Under the pieces are notes generated by a model, which saw nothing but the letters and a program-made list of their open reading frames with translations, searched no databases and was not told where the DNA came from. DNA of 64,000 nt from Macrostomum lignano (Eukaryota): assembly GCA_002269645.1 (NCBI GenBank), contig NIVC01000070.1, positions 744,001 to 808,000 of the forward strand. Direction: 5' to 3'. This document shows, piece after piece, positions 12,776-41,825 of this stretch. Positions within the stretch are counted from its first letter, which is position 1, and every line of letters starts with the position of its first letter. A program made the position numbers and the translations under genes.

Positions 12776-13410
12776 CGTCTGTCTGTCTTGTCTGTCTGTC
12801 TGTCTGTCCGCCTGTCTGTCTGCCTGTCTGCCTTAGTGTCTTGTCTGTCTGTCTGTCTGCCTGTCTGCCTTAGTGTCTTGTCTGTCTGTCTGTCTGTCTG
12901 CCTGTCTGCCTTAGTGTCTTGTCTGTCTGTCTGTCTGTCTGCCTGTCTGTCTGCCTGTCTTAGTGTCTGTCTGTCTGTCTTAGTGTCTGTCTGTCTGTCC
13001 GTCTGTCTTAGTGTCTGTCTGTCTGTCTGTCTGTCTTAGTATCTGTCTGTCTGTCTGTCTTAGTATCTTGTCTGTCTGTCTGTCTTAGTGTCTGTCTGTC
13101 TGTCTTAGTGTCTGTCTGTCTGTCCGTCTGTCTTAGTGTCTGTCTGTCTGTCCGTCTGTCTTAGTGTCTTGTCTGTCTGCCTGTCTTAGTATCTGTCTGT
13201 CTGTCTGTCTTAGTATCTTGTCTGTCTGCCTGTCTTAGTATCTTGTCTGTCTGTCTGTCTTAGTGTCTGTCTGTCCGTCTGTCTTAGTGTCTGTCTGTCT
13301 GTCCGTCTGTCTTAGTGTCTTGTCTGTCTGCCTGTCTTAGTGTCTGTCTGCCTGTCTTAGTATCTTGTGTGTCTACCTATCTTAGTGTCTTGTCTATCTG
13401 TCTGTCTGCC
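12776..13410. repeat. (CTGT)n microsatellite interspersed with TTAGT
   Basis: Direct inspection. Confidence 0.95.
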
Positions 13411-14261
13411 TACGTGTCGCAGCCGACCAAGAAGCCCCACCCAACAGCGAAATCAACTGTAGTTACGCGTCCCTTCTCAGGTAGACAAAGCTGTTGCTGA
13501 AATAGCAAGTTTGAATTCCGCATTGTATCCCATGCTAAACATTCGCTGTGAGAGCATTACTAACGCAAACCTGTCGCTAACTCCCATCATTATTAAAGCT
13601 GTTTGGTTTAGCAATGGTTCATTTATGAGAAGCGTAAATCCTTGTTACGAAAATGATTTATCAAAAATTGTTCTTTTCTCCTTCGAAATGCGAGCTTCCC
13701 AATGCGACATTCTGGATTTGTTTTGGTTTCATTTTTGAGCACCAGATCGCGAGTTGAATATATTCTATATATGCATATTATTAGTATAAATAAATTTGTC
13801 AAATCACACGAGTCCAGGAGTTCAACATTTCAATGTACTTTACGGCTTTGAATTGGATTTCTGTACTTAAAATCTAAATAGTAATCTAAATAGTAAATAA
13901 AATCATTAGCATTGTATTTGCAATGAATATTAGTAATTATACACATTAATAATCAATAGATTTAGAATAATCAATTTTGTGGAACAAAAAACTCTCGCAG
14001 GACTTCCAGCCTGTTCAGTAAACGGTTGCAAATATTGCAGGTTATAACAAGCAAATCTGTTAGATATTGCGGTGCATGCCCAGATAAGTTGACTGGTTAT
14101 TCATTTTTAATGATTCTGTTTTTTAACAGTCAGTCGTTTGGCGAACACAAATTGCACTGCTTGTTTTAATGCGATACGAATAACACAAATATAACATCGG
14201 AGAGTGTGCGGCGTTGCTGCGATGGAGAGAATGGAGGCATACTAAATTAGTGACAGGCAGA

Positions 14262-16262
14262 TAGACAGACACGGATAGAGGTGGACAGGCAGGTGAACAG
14301 ACACAGATAGAGGTGGCCAGACACGGATAGAGGTGGACAGGTAGGTGGACAGACACGGATAGAGGTGGACAGGCAGGTGGACAGGTAGGTGGACAGACAC
14401 GGATAGAGATGGACAGGTAGGTGGCCAGACACGGACAGAGGTGGACAGGCAGGTGGACAGGCAGGTGGACAGACACGGATAGAGGTGGACAGGCAGGTGG
14501 ACAGACACGGATAGAGGTGGCCAGACACGGACAGAGGTGGACAGGTAGGTGGACAGGTAGGTGGACAGACACAGATAGAGGTGGACAGGCAGGTGGACAG
14601 GTAGGTGGACAGACACGGACAGAGGTGGACAGGAAGGTGGACAGGCAGGTGGACAGACACGGATACAGGTCGACAGACAGGTGGACAGACACGGATAGAG
14701 GTGGACAGGTAGGTGGACAGACACGGACAGAGGTGAACAGGCAGGTGGACAGACACGGATAGAGGTGGACAGGCAGGTGGACAGACACGGATAGAGGTGG
14801 CCAGACACGGATAGAGGTGGACAGGCAGGTGGACAGACACGGAAAGAGGTGGACAGGCAGGTGAACAGACACAGATAGAGGTGGCCAGACACGGATAGAG
14901 GTGGACAGGTAGGTGAACAGACACAGATAGAGGTGGCCAGACACGGATAGAGGTGGACAGGTAGGTGGACAGACACGGATAGAGGTGGACAGGTAGGTGG
15001 ACAGACACGGACAGAGGTGAACAGGCAGGTGGACAGACACGGATAGAGATAGACAGGTAGGTGGACAGACACGGATAGAGATGGACAGGTAGGTGGCCAG
15101 ACACGGACAGAGGTGGACAGGTAGGTGGACAGACACGGATAGTGATGGACAGGTAGGTGGACAGACACGGATAGAGATGGACAGGTAGGTGGACAGACAC
15201 GGATAGAGATGGACAGGTAGGTGGACAGACACAGATAGAGGTGGACAGACACGGATACAGGTGAACAGGTAGGTGGACAGACACGGATAGAGATGGACAG
15301 GTAGGTGGACAGACACGGATAGAGGCGGACAGGTAGGTGGACAGACACGGATAGAGATGGACAGGCAGGTGGCCAGACACGGACAGAGGTGGACAGACAC
15401 GGATACAGGTGAACAGGTAGGTGGACAGACACGGATAGAGATGGACAGGTAGGTGGACAGACACGGATAGAGGTGGACAGGTAGGTGGACAGACACGGAT
15501 AGAGATGGACAGGCAGGTGGCCAGACACGGACAGAGGTGGACAGACAGGTGGCCAGACACGGATAGAGATGAAGAGACAGGTGGACAGACACGGATAGAG
15601 GTGGACAGGCAGGTGGACAGACACGGATAGAGGTGGACAGGCAGGTGGACAGACACGGATAGAGGTGGCCAGACACGGACAGAGGTGGACAGGTAGGTGG
15701 ACAGACACAGATAGAGGTGGACAGGCAGGTGGACAGGTAGGTGGACAGACACGGATAGAGATGGACAGGTAGGTGGCCAGACACGGACAGAGGTGGACAG
15801 GCAGGTGGACAGGCAGGTGGACAGACACGGATAGAGGTGGACAGGCAGGTGGACAGACACGGATAGAGGTGGCCAGACACGGACAGAGGTGGACAGGAAG
15901 GTGGACAGGCAGGTGGACAGACACGGATACAGGTGGACAGACAGGTGGACAGACACGGATACAGGTGGACAGGTAGGTGGACAGACACGGATAGAGGTGG
16001 ACAGACACGGACAGAGGTGGACAGGCAGGTGGACAGACACGGATAGAGGTGGACAGACACGGATACAGGTGGACAGGTAGGTGGACAGACACGGATAGAG
16101 GTGGACAGGTAGGTGGACAGGTAGGTGGACAAACAGGTGGACAGACACGGATAGAGGTGGACAGACACGGATAGAGGTGGACAGACACGGACAGAGGTGG
16201 ACAGGCAGGTGGACAGACACAGATAGAGGTGGACAGACAGGTGGACAGACACGGATAGAGAT
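14262..16262. repeat. Modular G-rich minisatellite built from GTGGACAG+RCAG/GTAG and ACACGGATAGAG blocks
   Basis: Direct inspection; 12- and 20-bp modules in variable order. Confidence 0.95.
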
Positions 16263-16694
16263 GAAGAGAGTGAGACCAGTTTTAAAACATCAGACATTCT
16301 GATTCAGAAATCGCAAAACATTTTTGCAACCGAAAAGGCAAGGCAGCAACAGCCGGCATGAAATACTAACTGGTTAAGCTGACAGGAAATCCGGTTAAAA
16401 CAGACTGCCGCACCAAGATTGGGCAAATCTCCGAGATCAAAATTAAAATGAAGAAAATGCGCAATAGAAAAATTTCATAGCATAAAACGACACAAGCTAG
16501 TGAGAGTAGTACTGTCGGCGTTTGTTCATTATAAAAGAACGAGATCAGGAAAGCGACAGTTGCAGACACCAGCTGAGGACTAGCATGAGAATCACAGACT
16601 GATTCAGCCAATGCAGCTGCTAAAAACAGTCCATATTGACACAATTAAAAACCCAATTTCTAAATCCATACGGCCGCATCGAACTGCGCCAGAC

Positions 16695-32249
<15,555 letters not shown>

Positions 32250-33901
32250 GCAATCATATTTTTATAAAATTGATTAAATAATAATATAAATTCTTATAAA
32301 AATATATTGATTTATATATACAGCTAAAATTATTAATTAAACTTATGATTCATATATTATGGAAATGTAATTTATATTGTGGACATATTATTGACATTTA
32401 CTAAGTTTACCTATTTAAACTCAGTTTTTTTCTACAAAAAATGCAATATACATTTTTGTATATTTTGTATATACAAAATTTACAATACTTTTTTTGTATC
32501 TTTTTGAATACAAAAATTCAAAAAGATATAGAAAATATTTTAAAAACATGTTCTGTCTTTTTTCTATTCACTATTTTTTTATTGTTTTATTCATATATTC
32601 TCAAAATTTTGGTGCTTAATCAATCAGTTTTCTAACATACATTGCTTTAGACATCCTGTTGGCTAGGGTAGCTAGTTATTTATCATTTTGTTAATAATGG
32701 AATAAGGACTAATAATGAACACTGCATATTAATTTATTATATATTGTATTATAAATACAATATTAAGTTATTAGAACGTAGCTTGTCTAATTTATAAATA
32801 ATAAGAAAACAGAAGCTAAATTAGCAAAAATCTACAATTAATGATTTGATTTTCTGTTGGTTTGTAAAGTATTGTAATAATGACCTGATTTAGTTTAGTG
32901 TTAAATAGGTGCAAATTTGACCATAAGCTTTAAGATTATTGAAGATTCAAATATCAAAATGCAAAAACCTAGCTTGAATATGCAACTAACTAGAAATAGG
33001 ATTGAGTATGAGCTATGAGCAATGCCATGTATCTACTCCTAACTCTTGGGTTTTTTGCTAGTTGCTAGTACTAAGATGCAAAATTGCATCCAAGGTTCAA
33101 TTTCAGGATGCAAATTAAAAAGTCAAGACGCATTCCTATTGAATATTTGCATAAAAAATAAACCTAGGTTTAGGCCCTACTCTCTTTCTCACTCCTTTTC
33201 TATTCCATTCTATTCCATTCTCATTTTAAAACTTTACTAGACTATATTGACTAGGCCTATCTTTGGACAAGTGCAAGTTGTTTTAGTAATGATTTTTTAA
33301 ATGTTTTAGTGACAAATACAAGTTCTTTTTGGTAACAAGTTGCTTCTCTGACAAACACTGCATTGTGGTAAAAATGAGAGATTTGGTAAGTTGTCACTTC
33401 AGTAATGGGAGGTGCTTTATAAATATCACTTTGTAGTCATTTTGTTAACATTTATGTTTGTATACTTCTAAAACGCCTTCAAAAGATCAATAGGCCTAGG
33501 CCCTATACATTATTTATTTAGAATAGAAAATCAAATTTCTAATTATCAATATTTTAATATTAGACCTACTTCTATTACCTATACCTAGGTTTATTTAATA
33601 GTACGTAAAAATAACGTAATTATCTGGTCCTTTTACTGAGCCCATGACACTTTAGGATTAATTACGAGCGTAATTGACTTCACATAAGAATAAGTAGTAG
33701 TAGTAACTTTGGCTCATTTCGTTGTATAATTCGACGAAAAAGTGTAAATTAAAAAAGTGCGGTGATTTAAGGGAGATTATGTTTTAGTTACAACAAAACT
33801 AACTAAAGTTTAGTCTTTATTTATGTACATAAATATAAATCTATAAATAATATAAGATTAATTACATTAGAATAGCTAATAATGTTAAATTATTAGCAGG
33901 A

Positions 33902-34086
33902 ACTGCGGAACGAGTTTTTGCCTGGGCCGGGCAGGACCAAGTTTCCGAAACTCAAGCCCAGACCCTGTCTTGGACAGTGACCAAGAATTTGAGCAAAATT
34001 ATGCTGTTGAACGGTATTTGAGGGGGGCAATGCCCCCCCCCCCCCCAACTCAATGTCAGGGGGGCGCTGCCCCCCTGTTCCGCGGC
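33902..34086. mobile_element. Possible degenerate MITE
   Basis: GC-rich island in AT-rich DNA bounded by CTGCGGAAC / GTTCCGCGG, with an internal GGGGGGCAATGCCCCCC hairpin. No TSD seen. Confidence 0.35.
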
Positions 34087-34458
34087 GCAATTAGGCTTAA
34101 TAAGTTCTTTGGCACATTAAAAATACATATAGCAATATAGCCATATAGCCATCATATAGCCATATGCAATTTCATGTTATTAACAAAGTGGTAAACTAAC
34201 CTTTTAAATTATGTAAGCCATTTTTCCTCTAATCGATTACATAGATCTTACCTATACCCAACAGACCGTTTGTAGTAGTATATAGGATTTGCAAATGGAT
34301 CATTAACCATGCAATTCACCGAAGTCTACTTTAAACTAAAATCAAATTAAAATAAGAACATAAATCGTAAATTAACATGTACATGTAGGTGAATCGGCCA
34401 TACCTATACACAAAATTTATGAACTCAAAATATACAATCAACAAAAGTATTGTTACTG

Positions 34459-37011
34459 CCCTAGATGAAGTTCTGTTTACTCATTCTTGGCAGATCTGTT
34501 CTTACTTAAATTTCTTAGCAGATCTGTGAATTTTGGTTAACACATTCTTAACAGATCTTTTCTTACTTAAATCTCTTAGCAGATCTGTATCTGCTTTTGT
34601 CTTACAAGATCTTACAAATCTTTGCAAGCCATTTTTTATTGTTTGGTACGTAGAAAACATTCGTGATTTTTAGAAAATACTTATTAGGTAAAGAGAAAAC
34701 AAAATTTCCAACTGTATATCAGAAAAAAGACTTTCGTATATTTTCACATTTCTCTGCTGGATCTTGTCAGATCAGTTCTTGCAGATCTGTACAGACCAGT
34801 TTTGAAAAGTGTCTGAATTGTTTTTTTCCACAAAATATTTAACATAATAGTAATTACGTTTTTTAATGATTTGTATTTATTTTAGTTGTTCTTCTGGCAG
34901 CCAACAGTAAATGAATTTGTTTAAATATTCTTTCCGCAGTTCTGAACATAGTGGACCCTTATAGTTTGAATTCTCGCTCTTGCAATTTATCCATCTATCT
35001 CAGTTCTTTCTTTTGACTTAGCCGAATACGTAATTTTTAATTCCTTAAATTGTTTCATAGTGTAGTATCACTATTTTTTACTTTTTTAGCCATAATAACT
35101 TTTTTGATTGAGTATAGCATGGCTTTAAATAAAGAGCAGATTGCGTCATCAATTAAAAAAATTTGACATAATTGACAGACTGACTATAAAATGTATGCTA
35201 TATATATATCTATATAATATATATATCTAGGCTTGTCTCCTACTCCCAGGCCTATAAGTATGAGTAGGCCTAGGCCTATGACTTTGTTCTATGCTTTAAT
35301 AGAAACAGAATGCATGTCTAGACCTAGTGATGTTGTCCATTAATAATTCATTAATCCATTAATAATTCAGAAATTCAGTTCAGTGTATTTTTATAGATCA
35401 GTATTTTTTGTAGTCTTTTGCATTTGATTATATTATATTTATATATACATACCTAGTTCTAGCCCCTAGGCTAGGGCTAGGCTAGTTGTAATGACCTAGC
35501 TAGTAAGTAAATCTTAATTAAATAGGTCTATTCTGTTTTTGTTTGTTTTATTTGTTTTTATTTGCTTATCTAGATTTATAAATAGGTAGACTGACATATC
35601 TGTAAAACTTGGTTTTAATCCCTCCTTGATTTTAAACACTTAGGTTAAGAGTATAATGTCTATTTTTAGTAAATAGTGTTATAACTAGGCTTATCATTTT
35701 AATTTTAAAATAAAATAGGCCCTACTCTACTAAAAATTGTAATTGCTATATAGGGTATAGTTTTTATGAATAAAAATTAAACCTGGATGCTTAAATATAG
35801 GCTTATGGTTGTTAGAAAGTTATCTTAAGCCTTGATCTACTATTTGAAAAATATAGATAGGCATATCAAAATCTAAAAGTATTTATACTAGATAGGCCTA
35901 GATGAATATGAAAAATATAGAATAGAAGAAAACAGGTCTAAATTTAATTAGACCAAAGAAATTTTACAAAAGTTATTACTCTGACTATATAAAAACATAA
36001 CAACAATATTTGTTTTATATTTTAGTTATTTTGAATTGAATATTAATGTTTAAAATCCTAGAACTTTATTACAATTTTCCCTTTCATTGCAGCTACTTTA
36101 CATGGTCAATATGTCATCGCTACTTATGGGTTCCAAGCTTGTCTTTATACCAAGTGGCAAAGTGGCAAGCATCCTATGATAGCTAAAAGAAAAATGAAGC
36201 CAGCCTAAAGTAAAAATGCAACATGATAAAGAGCCCTAAAGTATTACTAAGAGCTCTTATAGACCTACTTTTATTGATAACAAAGTAAGCTTTCTAGCAA
36301 TATTGACTTTAAAATCTTTCAGTACTGGACTCTTTCAGTTTCAATTATTTGCAAACCAATTTAATTGTAACATTGTAGTAGAAGATGCACCTGGTTTTTT
36401 TAATGTTTCTGCTTCTATTTTTTAGTTTCTAAAAGTATTGCTCACCCTAATTTCATTAGTCCATTGTACCATTAGTATTTTTTCTATTGAGTGTGTGCTT
36501 AACTTTTGTTTTGAAGTTGACTTATTTTTTGCTTGTGCTATTTCCCTTGTGCATACAAGTTTTATTTCATGAGCATATATGTGTATTTGTTTACATTTTC
36601 ACAAATAAATATGTCTACTTTATTTTGATTGTTCAATGACATTTGCTTTTGTTCTGGCAGCTTACTAGCACAATACTAAAAGTGCAGAATCAAATAAGAA
36701 AGTCCTGTCATAACTCGTGTTCTTTATTGGAATTAAATTAGTGCATTGGGTTTTATAAATGGATTACTAAACAGATCTGGGAAGATTTGATAAGACGGAC
36801 AATGCATTCAATTGGTAAAGCTTAATACATCTTACAAGATCTGCCCAGATCTCCTAAGATCTGCTCGTGCAGACCGTGCAAGATCTTCCTGCAGATCTTG
36901 TAAGTTCTGCCTATATATTTTAATAGTGCAGATCTGTTACGTTCTTGCAAGAACGTAGCGAGAAGCTCCAGACAGATCTGCTAAGAAATGGCATGACGAT
37001 TTCATCTAGGG
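34459..37011. mobile_element. 2.55-kb non-autonomous inverted-repeat DNA element
   Basis: 11-bp TIR CCCTAGATGAA/TTCATCTAGGG, a perfect 17-bp subterminal inverted match (34510-34526 vs 36973-36989), and AGATCT clusters at both ends. Confidence 0.65.
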
Positions 37012-37109
37012 TGTCAATGTATCAATGCATCTCATTTCGGCTTCGGCTTTAATTTTTTTCAACGCGTGTACTTAATTATTAGCACGAAAGCCTTGTGCAG
37101 ACACTTAAG

Positions 37110-37392
37110 CAGGTGCGTCGCCACCGGGGGGGGGGGAATGTCCCCAGTAAAAGCTATTGGGGGACATGCCAACGCTTTGTGTCCCCCACCCCCACCTTGT
37201 GACCCGTTGTGGCAAATTTTTCTTTCGGGTGCCAAAATATAGCGACTTCGGCGCCAAAACGAGTGCCTGCGGCGCCAAAATGAGCGCTGACAACACCGAT
37301 TCTCAAACTAATGGACATGTAGGAATTCAGTCATGTACATATTGAATTCTTGGCCTTGTCCCTCCACTACAAAATCCATGGCGAGGCCCCTG
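37110..37392. mobile_element. 283-bp hAT-type MITE
   Basis: 14-bp TIRs CAGGTGCGTCGCCA / TGGCGAGGCCCCTG (12/14). Flanks CACTTAAG and CACTAAGT resemble an 8-bp TSD with one indel. Confidence 0.55.
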
Positions 37393-38987
37393 CACTAAGT
37401 CTAGGAAAAAGGCCGGGGTGGAGCTAAGATAGTGTGATGCCGCACTTAGGTAAAGAATTTCCTGAATTTTCATCTTGACTCTTGAAGTAATTTGAAGCAG
37501 AGCGCAAAAACAAGATCGCCGAAGTCTATCTCCAGAGGATTCTCCAGAGGATTTCATTTATAAATATCACACAACTCAAATCCGCACAACAAATATCAAC
37601 AAAAGTTAAAAGGTTTTCAATGCTTGAAATGAGAAACATAATAATAGATATAATATATTTATATGCACATAGTAGTTCAGTAGTATACAAGTTAAATTAT
37701 AACAAAGTTATAACCATATCAAAGCTTAGTATACATAGCCACATATTTTATTCTTATCAACGTAAGAAAAAGGAGCGCGTGCAACAGGATTAACAAGTGA
37801 ATGAAAAGTGAACCAAAACTAGCAGGATAGTGATAATTAATGCATGATTATTATATAAAATTAGCGCTGCTAGCGATTTTTAGACATTGAAATCTATTTT
37901 GTTATACTATCTTCCAAGCTAAGCAGCTAGCTTTTCAAGTTCTAGGCAAGAACAATATCTAAATAAAGCTTGACAGACAGACAGTCATAATTTACAGATA
38001 TTAATAACAAAAATTGCACAAAGAAACTGCCTTCTTAGTTTAATAACAAGAGAGGAAGTAAAAATACGAAGTTTATCAAAAATAATTTTGCACTACTAAT
38101 AGTAGTTTCTTATTAAATAGTCGGATTTTGAAACCAGGCATTTGAGGGAGCATCGTGATTCGTGATAGTTTGTGAGAGCAAGCGGATTGTCCGGCCACCA
38201 AAAATCTCCATGTTAGTAAAACAAAACGCGCAAACTAACATTCAAAAAAAATATAATATAAACAGATTTCGCTAAATTTAAGCAATTCAAATTCGCGCCA
38301 ATAGTTTCGTTTTTCTTAGCTAACGCTCAAAACATGCAATAAAGATAAATCAGGAACACACAAAGACACTCGAGCATGCAGTGAGTTAAATAATAAAACA
38401 AATAAATAAAGACGCAAAAAGCAATCTTGATTAGTCAGACAAAAAACTGAGACTCATATTATATTTGACGCATCATTTAAACAAACAAACACGGTAAGTA
38501 ATCCAATGAAATTGCAGCTTTTCAGTTTTCGTATATAATTTTTTTAATCACCAGGAACAAAAACTGAAGATTTATAATGGTTAATTATTCAATTGACAGA
38601 GATCGGCAATTATTCCACAGAAGCACGGGAATAAAAGTGCAAATCAGCTGCAACGAAAAGTTCAATTCGGATGCAGCTTCGACTCGGATTTGCTTTTGCT
38701 CTTCTTATTAGTAAAGAAGCTCTGCAAGCCGGGGAAATTTATGCCAGATTTCTTCTTGGTTAAACCGGCCGGCGGGTCGCCTGGCAACCGTTCGAGCAGG
38801 TCCTGGGGGATGAAGGGACGGGCTTTGAATCATTCATGCAGTGATCTAAGCTAGGCCCAATACACTGTTTACAATGTGGAAGCATTTCAGGTCATGACAG
38901 TTGTCTCAACAATTTGGATTAAATATTACTTTCCACATCCTTTTGCATCGACAATATCTTTCGGAATTGATTCATTGTAGCAACAAA

Positions 38988-39122
38988 GGCGCCAAAACCA
39001 TATTAATTAGAGAATTGAGGCGCCGAAACCATATTAATTAGAGCATTGTGGCGCCAAAGCCCCATTAATTAGATAATTGTGGCGCCAAAACCCCATTAAT
39101 TAGAGAATTGTGGCGCCAAAAT
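38988..39122. repeat. 31-bp tandem repeat GGCGCCAAAACCATATTAATTAGAGAATTGT (4-5 copies)
   Basis: Direct periodicity. Confidence 0.85.
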
Positions 39123-39124
39123 CT

Positions 39125-39427
39125 TTAGCGCGCTACCTTTTGAACAGCATGAGTCATCCGGCCATCTAGCTGATAGTCGTTCAGCTGCGGTTGCGGAGGC
39201 GGCGGCGGCGGCGTCGGTGGGGCAGCGGCGGCCGGTAGGGAATTGTTATAAAGGCCGACATTGTTGTTCAGAGTCGAACTGCTGTCCCCGGGGTTGAAAG
39301 AGGCGTTCCGCTGCTGCTGGCCGTTGCTGAGTTGCTGCTTCTGCTTTGAAGCGAGCGCCAGCTTTGAATTGGAGGTCCTGGATGGAGAGAGGGCGAGGCT
39401 GCTGTACACACCGCAGTTAGGCGAGTC
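39125..39427 (-). CDS. Orphan low-complexity terminal exon candidate (S/Q/N/P-rich)
   Basis: GC-rich open frame ending in a stop at 39125, with weak AG acceptors near 39430. No homology recognised. Confidence 0.35.
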   Translation of the reverse strand, partial: DSPNCGVYSSLALSPSRTSNSKLALASKQKQQLSNGQQQRNASFNPGDSSSTLNNNVGLYNNSLPAAAAPPTPPPPPPQPQLNDYQLDGRMTHAVQKVAR

Positions 39428-39489
39428 TACTTCTTTCGGATTATAAATAGAATGCGAACTAGCTGTCTAGTCCCTAGGCTGTCCCTAGG

Positions 39490-39990
39490 AATCCTAAACT
39501 GGAAATAAAAAACCGGGGAATCCCAAACTGGGAAATAAACAACAGGGGGAATCCCGAACTGGGGAATCCCAAATAAGAAAAAAAATCTGGGGAATCCCGA
39601 ACTGGGGAATCCCAAATAGGGAAATAAAAAAACAGGGGAATCCCGAATTGGGGAATCCCAAACTGGGGAATCCGACTGGGGAACCAAAAAGTGAAATAAA
39701 AAACAGGGGAATCCCGAACTGGGGAATCCCAAACTGGTTAATCCCAAATAGGGAAATAAAAAACAGGGAATCCTAATCTAAGAAACCCTAAACTGGGGAA
39801 TCCCGATTTCATGGGGTATCTCAAACTGGGGGGGGGGAATTTCATATTGAAGGAAATTCAAAAAGGGAAATTTGAAATCGGTACAGACTTAACTGTGAGA
39901 ATCCGAAACTTGGGAATTCCAAACTAAATGAATTCTAAACTGTGTGAATCCTGGAGGGATGGGAATTTTAAGCTGGGGGAATCCCAGAAT
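39490..39990. repeat. Degenerate repeat carrying 11 GGGGAATCCC decamers
   Basis: Counted directly. Confidence 0.85.
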
Positions 39991-40489
39991 GACTAAAAAT
40001 CAAGTATTAAGAACGATCCCAGTCATTTTTAAGACAGATAATTATTATCTACAGACAGAAGCAGACTATATTCGGAGACTGGAGTATAAATTGTTGAGTT
40101 TGATGCATTTGCTTAGAAGTTAAGCAGAGAGAAAATGCATTTAAACAAAAAACTGGATATGCCAAAATTGAATAAAATTTTATTAGTGGTCCATCATTTT
40201 ACAACTGATTCAAAATTTCCACAAAAAAACTGTGGCGAAAAGATAAATTTTATCGCTATTTAAGAGGAGAAAAGTTTCCTGAGTTAATTATTTCCGGTTA
40301 AAAATTTTATTTTCATTTAAAGCCTAACGAATAAACTTGCAAAATCATATAACTTACTTTGAACCTGGAAGTTCACTTTCGAGAGTTGCAATTTCAGGAA
40401 AGCCATAAAATCGGAATTGAATTTTGAGCGAGAGATATTCCATTGACCAAAGCAGGAAGAGGGCTACATAAAAAGATAAAAATCAGACA

Positions 40490-41375
40490 TAGGGTGACAT
40501 AAACACAGAGACATGAGAGGGTAAGATAAACACACTGAGACATGAGATGGTGAGATAAACACACAGAGACATGAGAGGGTAAGAGAAACACACTGAGACA
40601 TGAGAGGGTGAGATAAACACACTGAGACATGAGAGGGTGAGATAAACACACTGAGACATGAGAGGGTAAGATAAACACACTGAGACATGAGAGGGTGAGA
40701 TAAACACACTGAGACATGAGAGGGTAAGATAAACACACTGAGACATGAGATGGTGAGATAAACACACTGAGACATGAGAGGGTGAGATAAACACACTGAG
40801 AGATGAGAGGGTGAGATAGACACACTGAGACATGAGATGGTGAGATAAACACACTGAGACATGAGAGGGTGAGATAAACACACTGAGACATGAGAGGGTA
40901 AGATAAACACACTGAGACATGAGATGGTGAGATAAACACACTGAGACATGAGAGGGTGAGATAAACACACTGAGAGATGAGAGGGTGAGATAGACACACT
41001 GAGACATGAGATGGTGAGATAAACACACTGAGACATGAGAGGGTGAGATAAACACACTGAGACATGAGAGGGTGAGATAAACACACTGAGACATGAGAGG
41101 GTGAGATAAACACACTGAGACATGAGAGGGTGAGATAAACACACTGAGACATGAGAGGGTGAGATAAACACACTGAGACATGAGAGGGTGAGATAAACAC
41201 ACTGAGACAATGTGAGGTTAAGATAAACACACTGAGACATGAGAGGGTGAGATAAACACACTGAGACATGAGAGGGTGAGATAAACACACTGAGACATGA
41301 GAGGGTAAGATAAACACACAGAGACATGAGGGTGAGATAAACACACAGAGACATGAGATGTGAGATAAACACACA
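40490..41375. repeat. 29-bp minisatellite GAGACATGAGAGGGTGAGATAAACACACT (~30 copies)
   Basis: Direct periodicity. Confidence 0.96.
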
Positions 41376-41825
41376 CACAGAAGTCCATGCATACAGAGCC
41401 CAACACTTAGAAGCCTAATCGAGAATTTAATACAAAAATGATGCATAATGCATATAAAAGCCATACTGACAGCACGCCAAGTCCCTCAGGGCGGGTCAAG
41501 CATATTATTTAATATAGAAAGTGAAAATTGGCTGCCATGCAGCTGCCGATGGGAATTCCGCTCCTCACTCTTTACTCGCCCGCATGGAAACCCCATGCGC
41601 TCCTTCATCATCTCCTATCTTCCTCTCCTCCCAGTCAATTAAGGCCAGGCGCAGGCGATGTGCCATTAACCCTTGCAGCTGCATAAATAGAACAGGCTTC
41701 CCAATTGAAGTTGCAAGAACAAAATGGTTGCCACACGGAACTAGTAGAAATTCAATTTGATGGAAACAGAGTGTTCAGTGGGTGGATTGGGCTGCGACTG
41801 ATGAACAGTTGTGAATTTGAATCTA

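Noticed and set aside
36100-36720. Possible decayed coding sequence inside the 2.55-kb element
   Set aside because: Only short frames with frequent stops and no convincing transposase motif.
38776-38788. RFX X-box match GTCGCCTGGCAAC
   Set aside because: A single motif with no identifiable transcription start or ciliary gene nearby.
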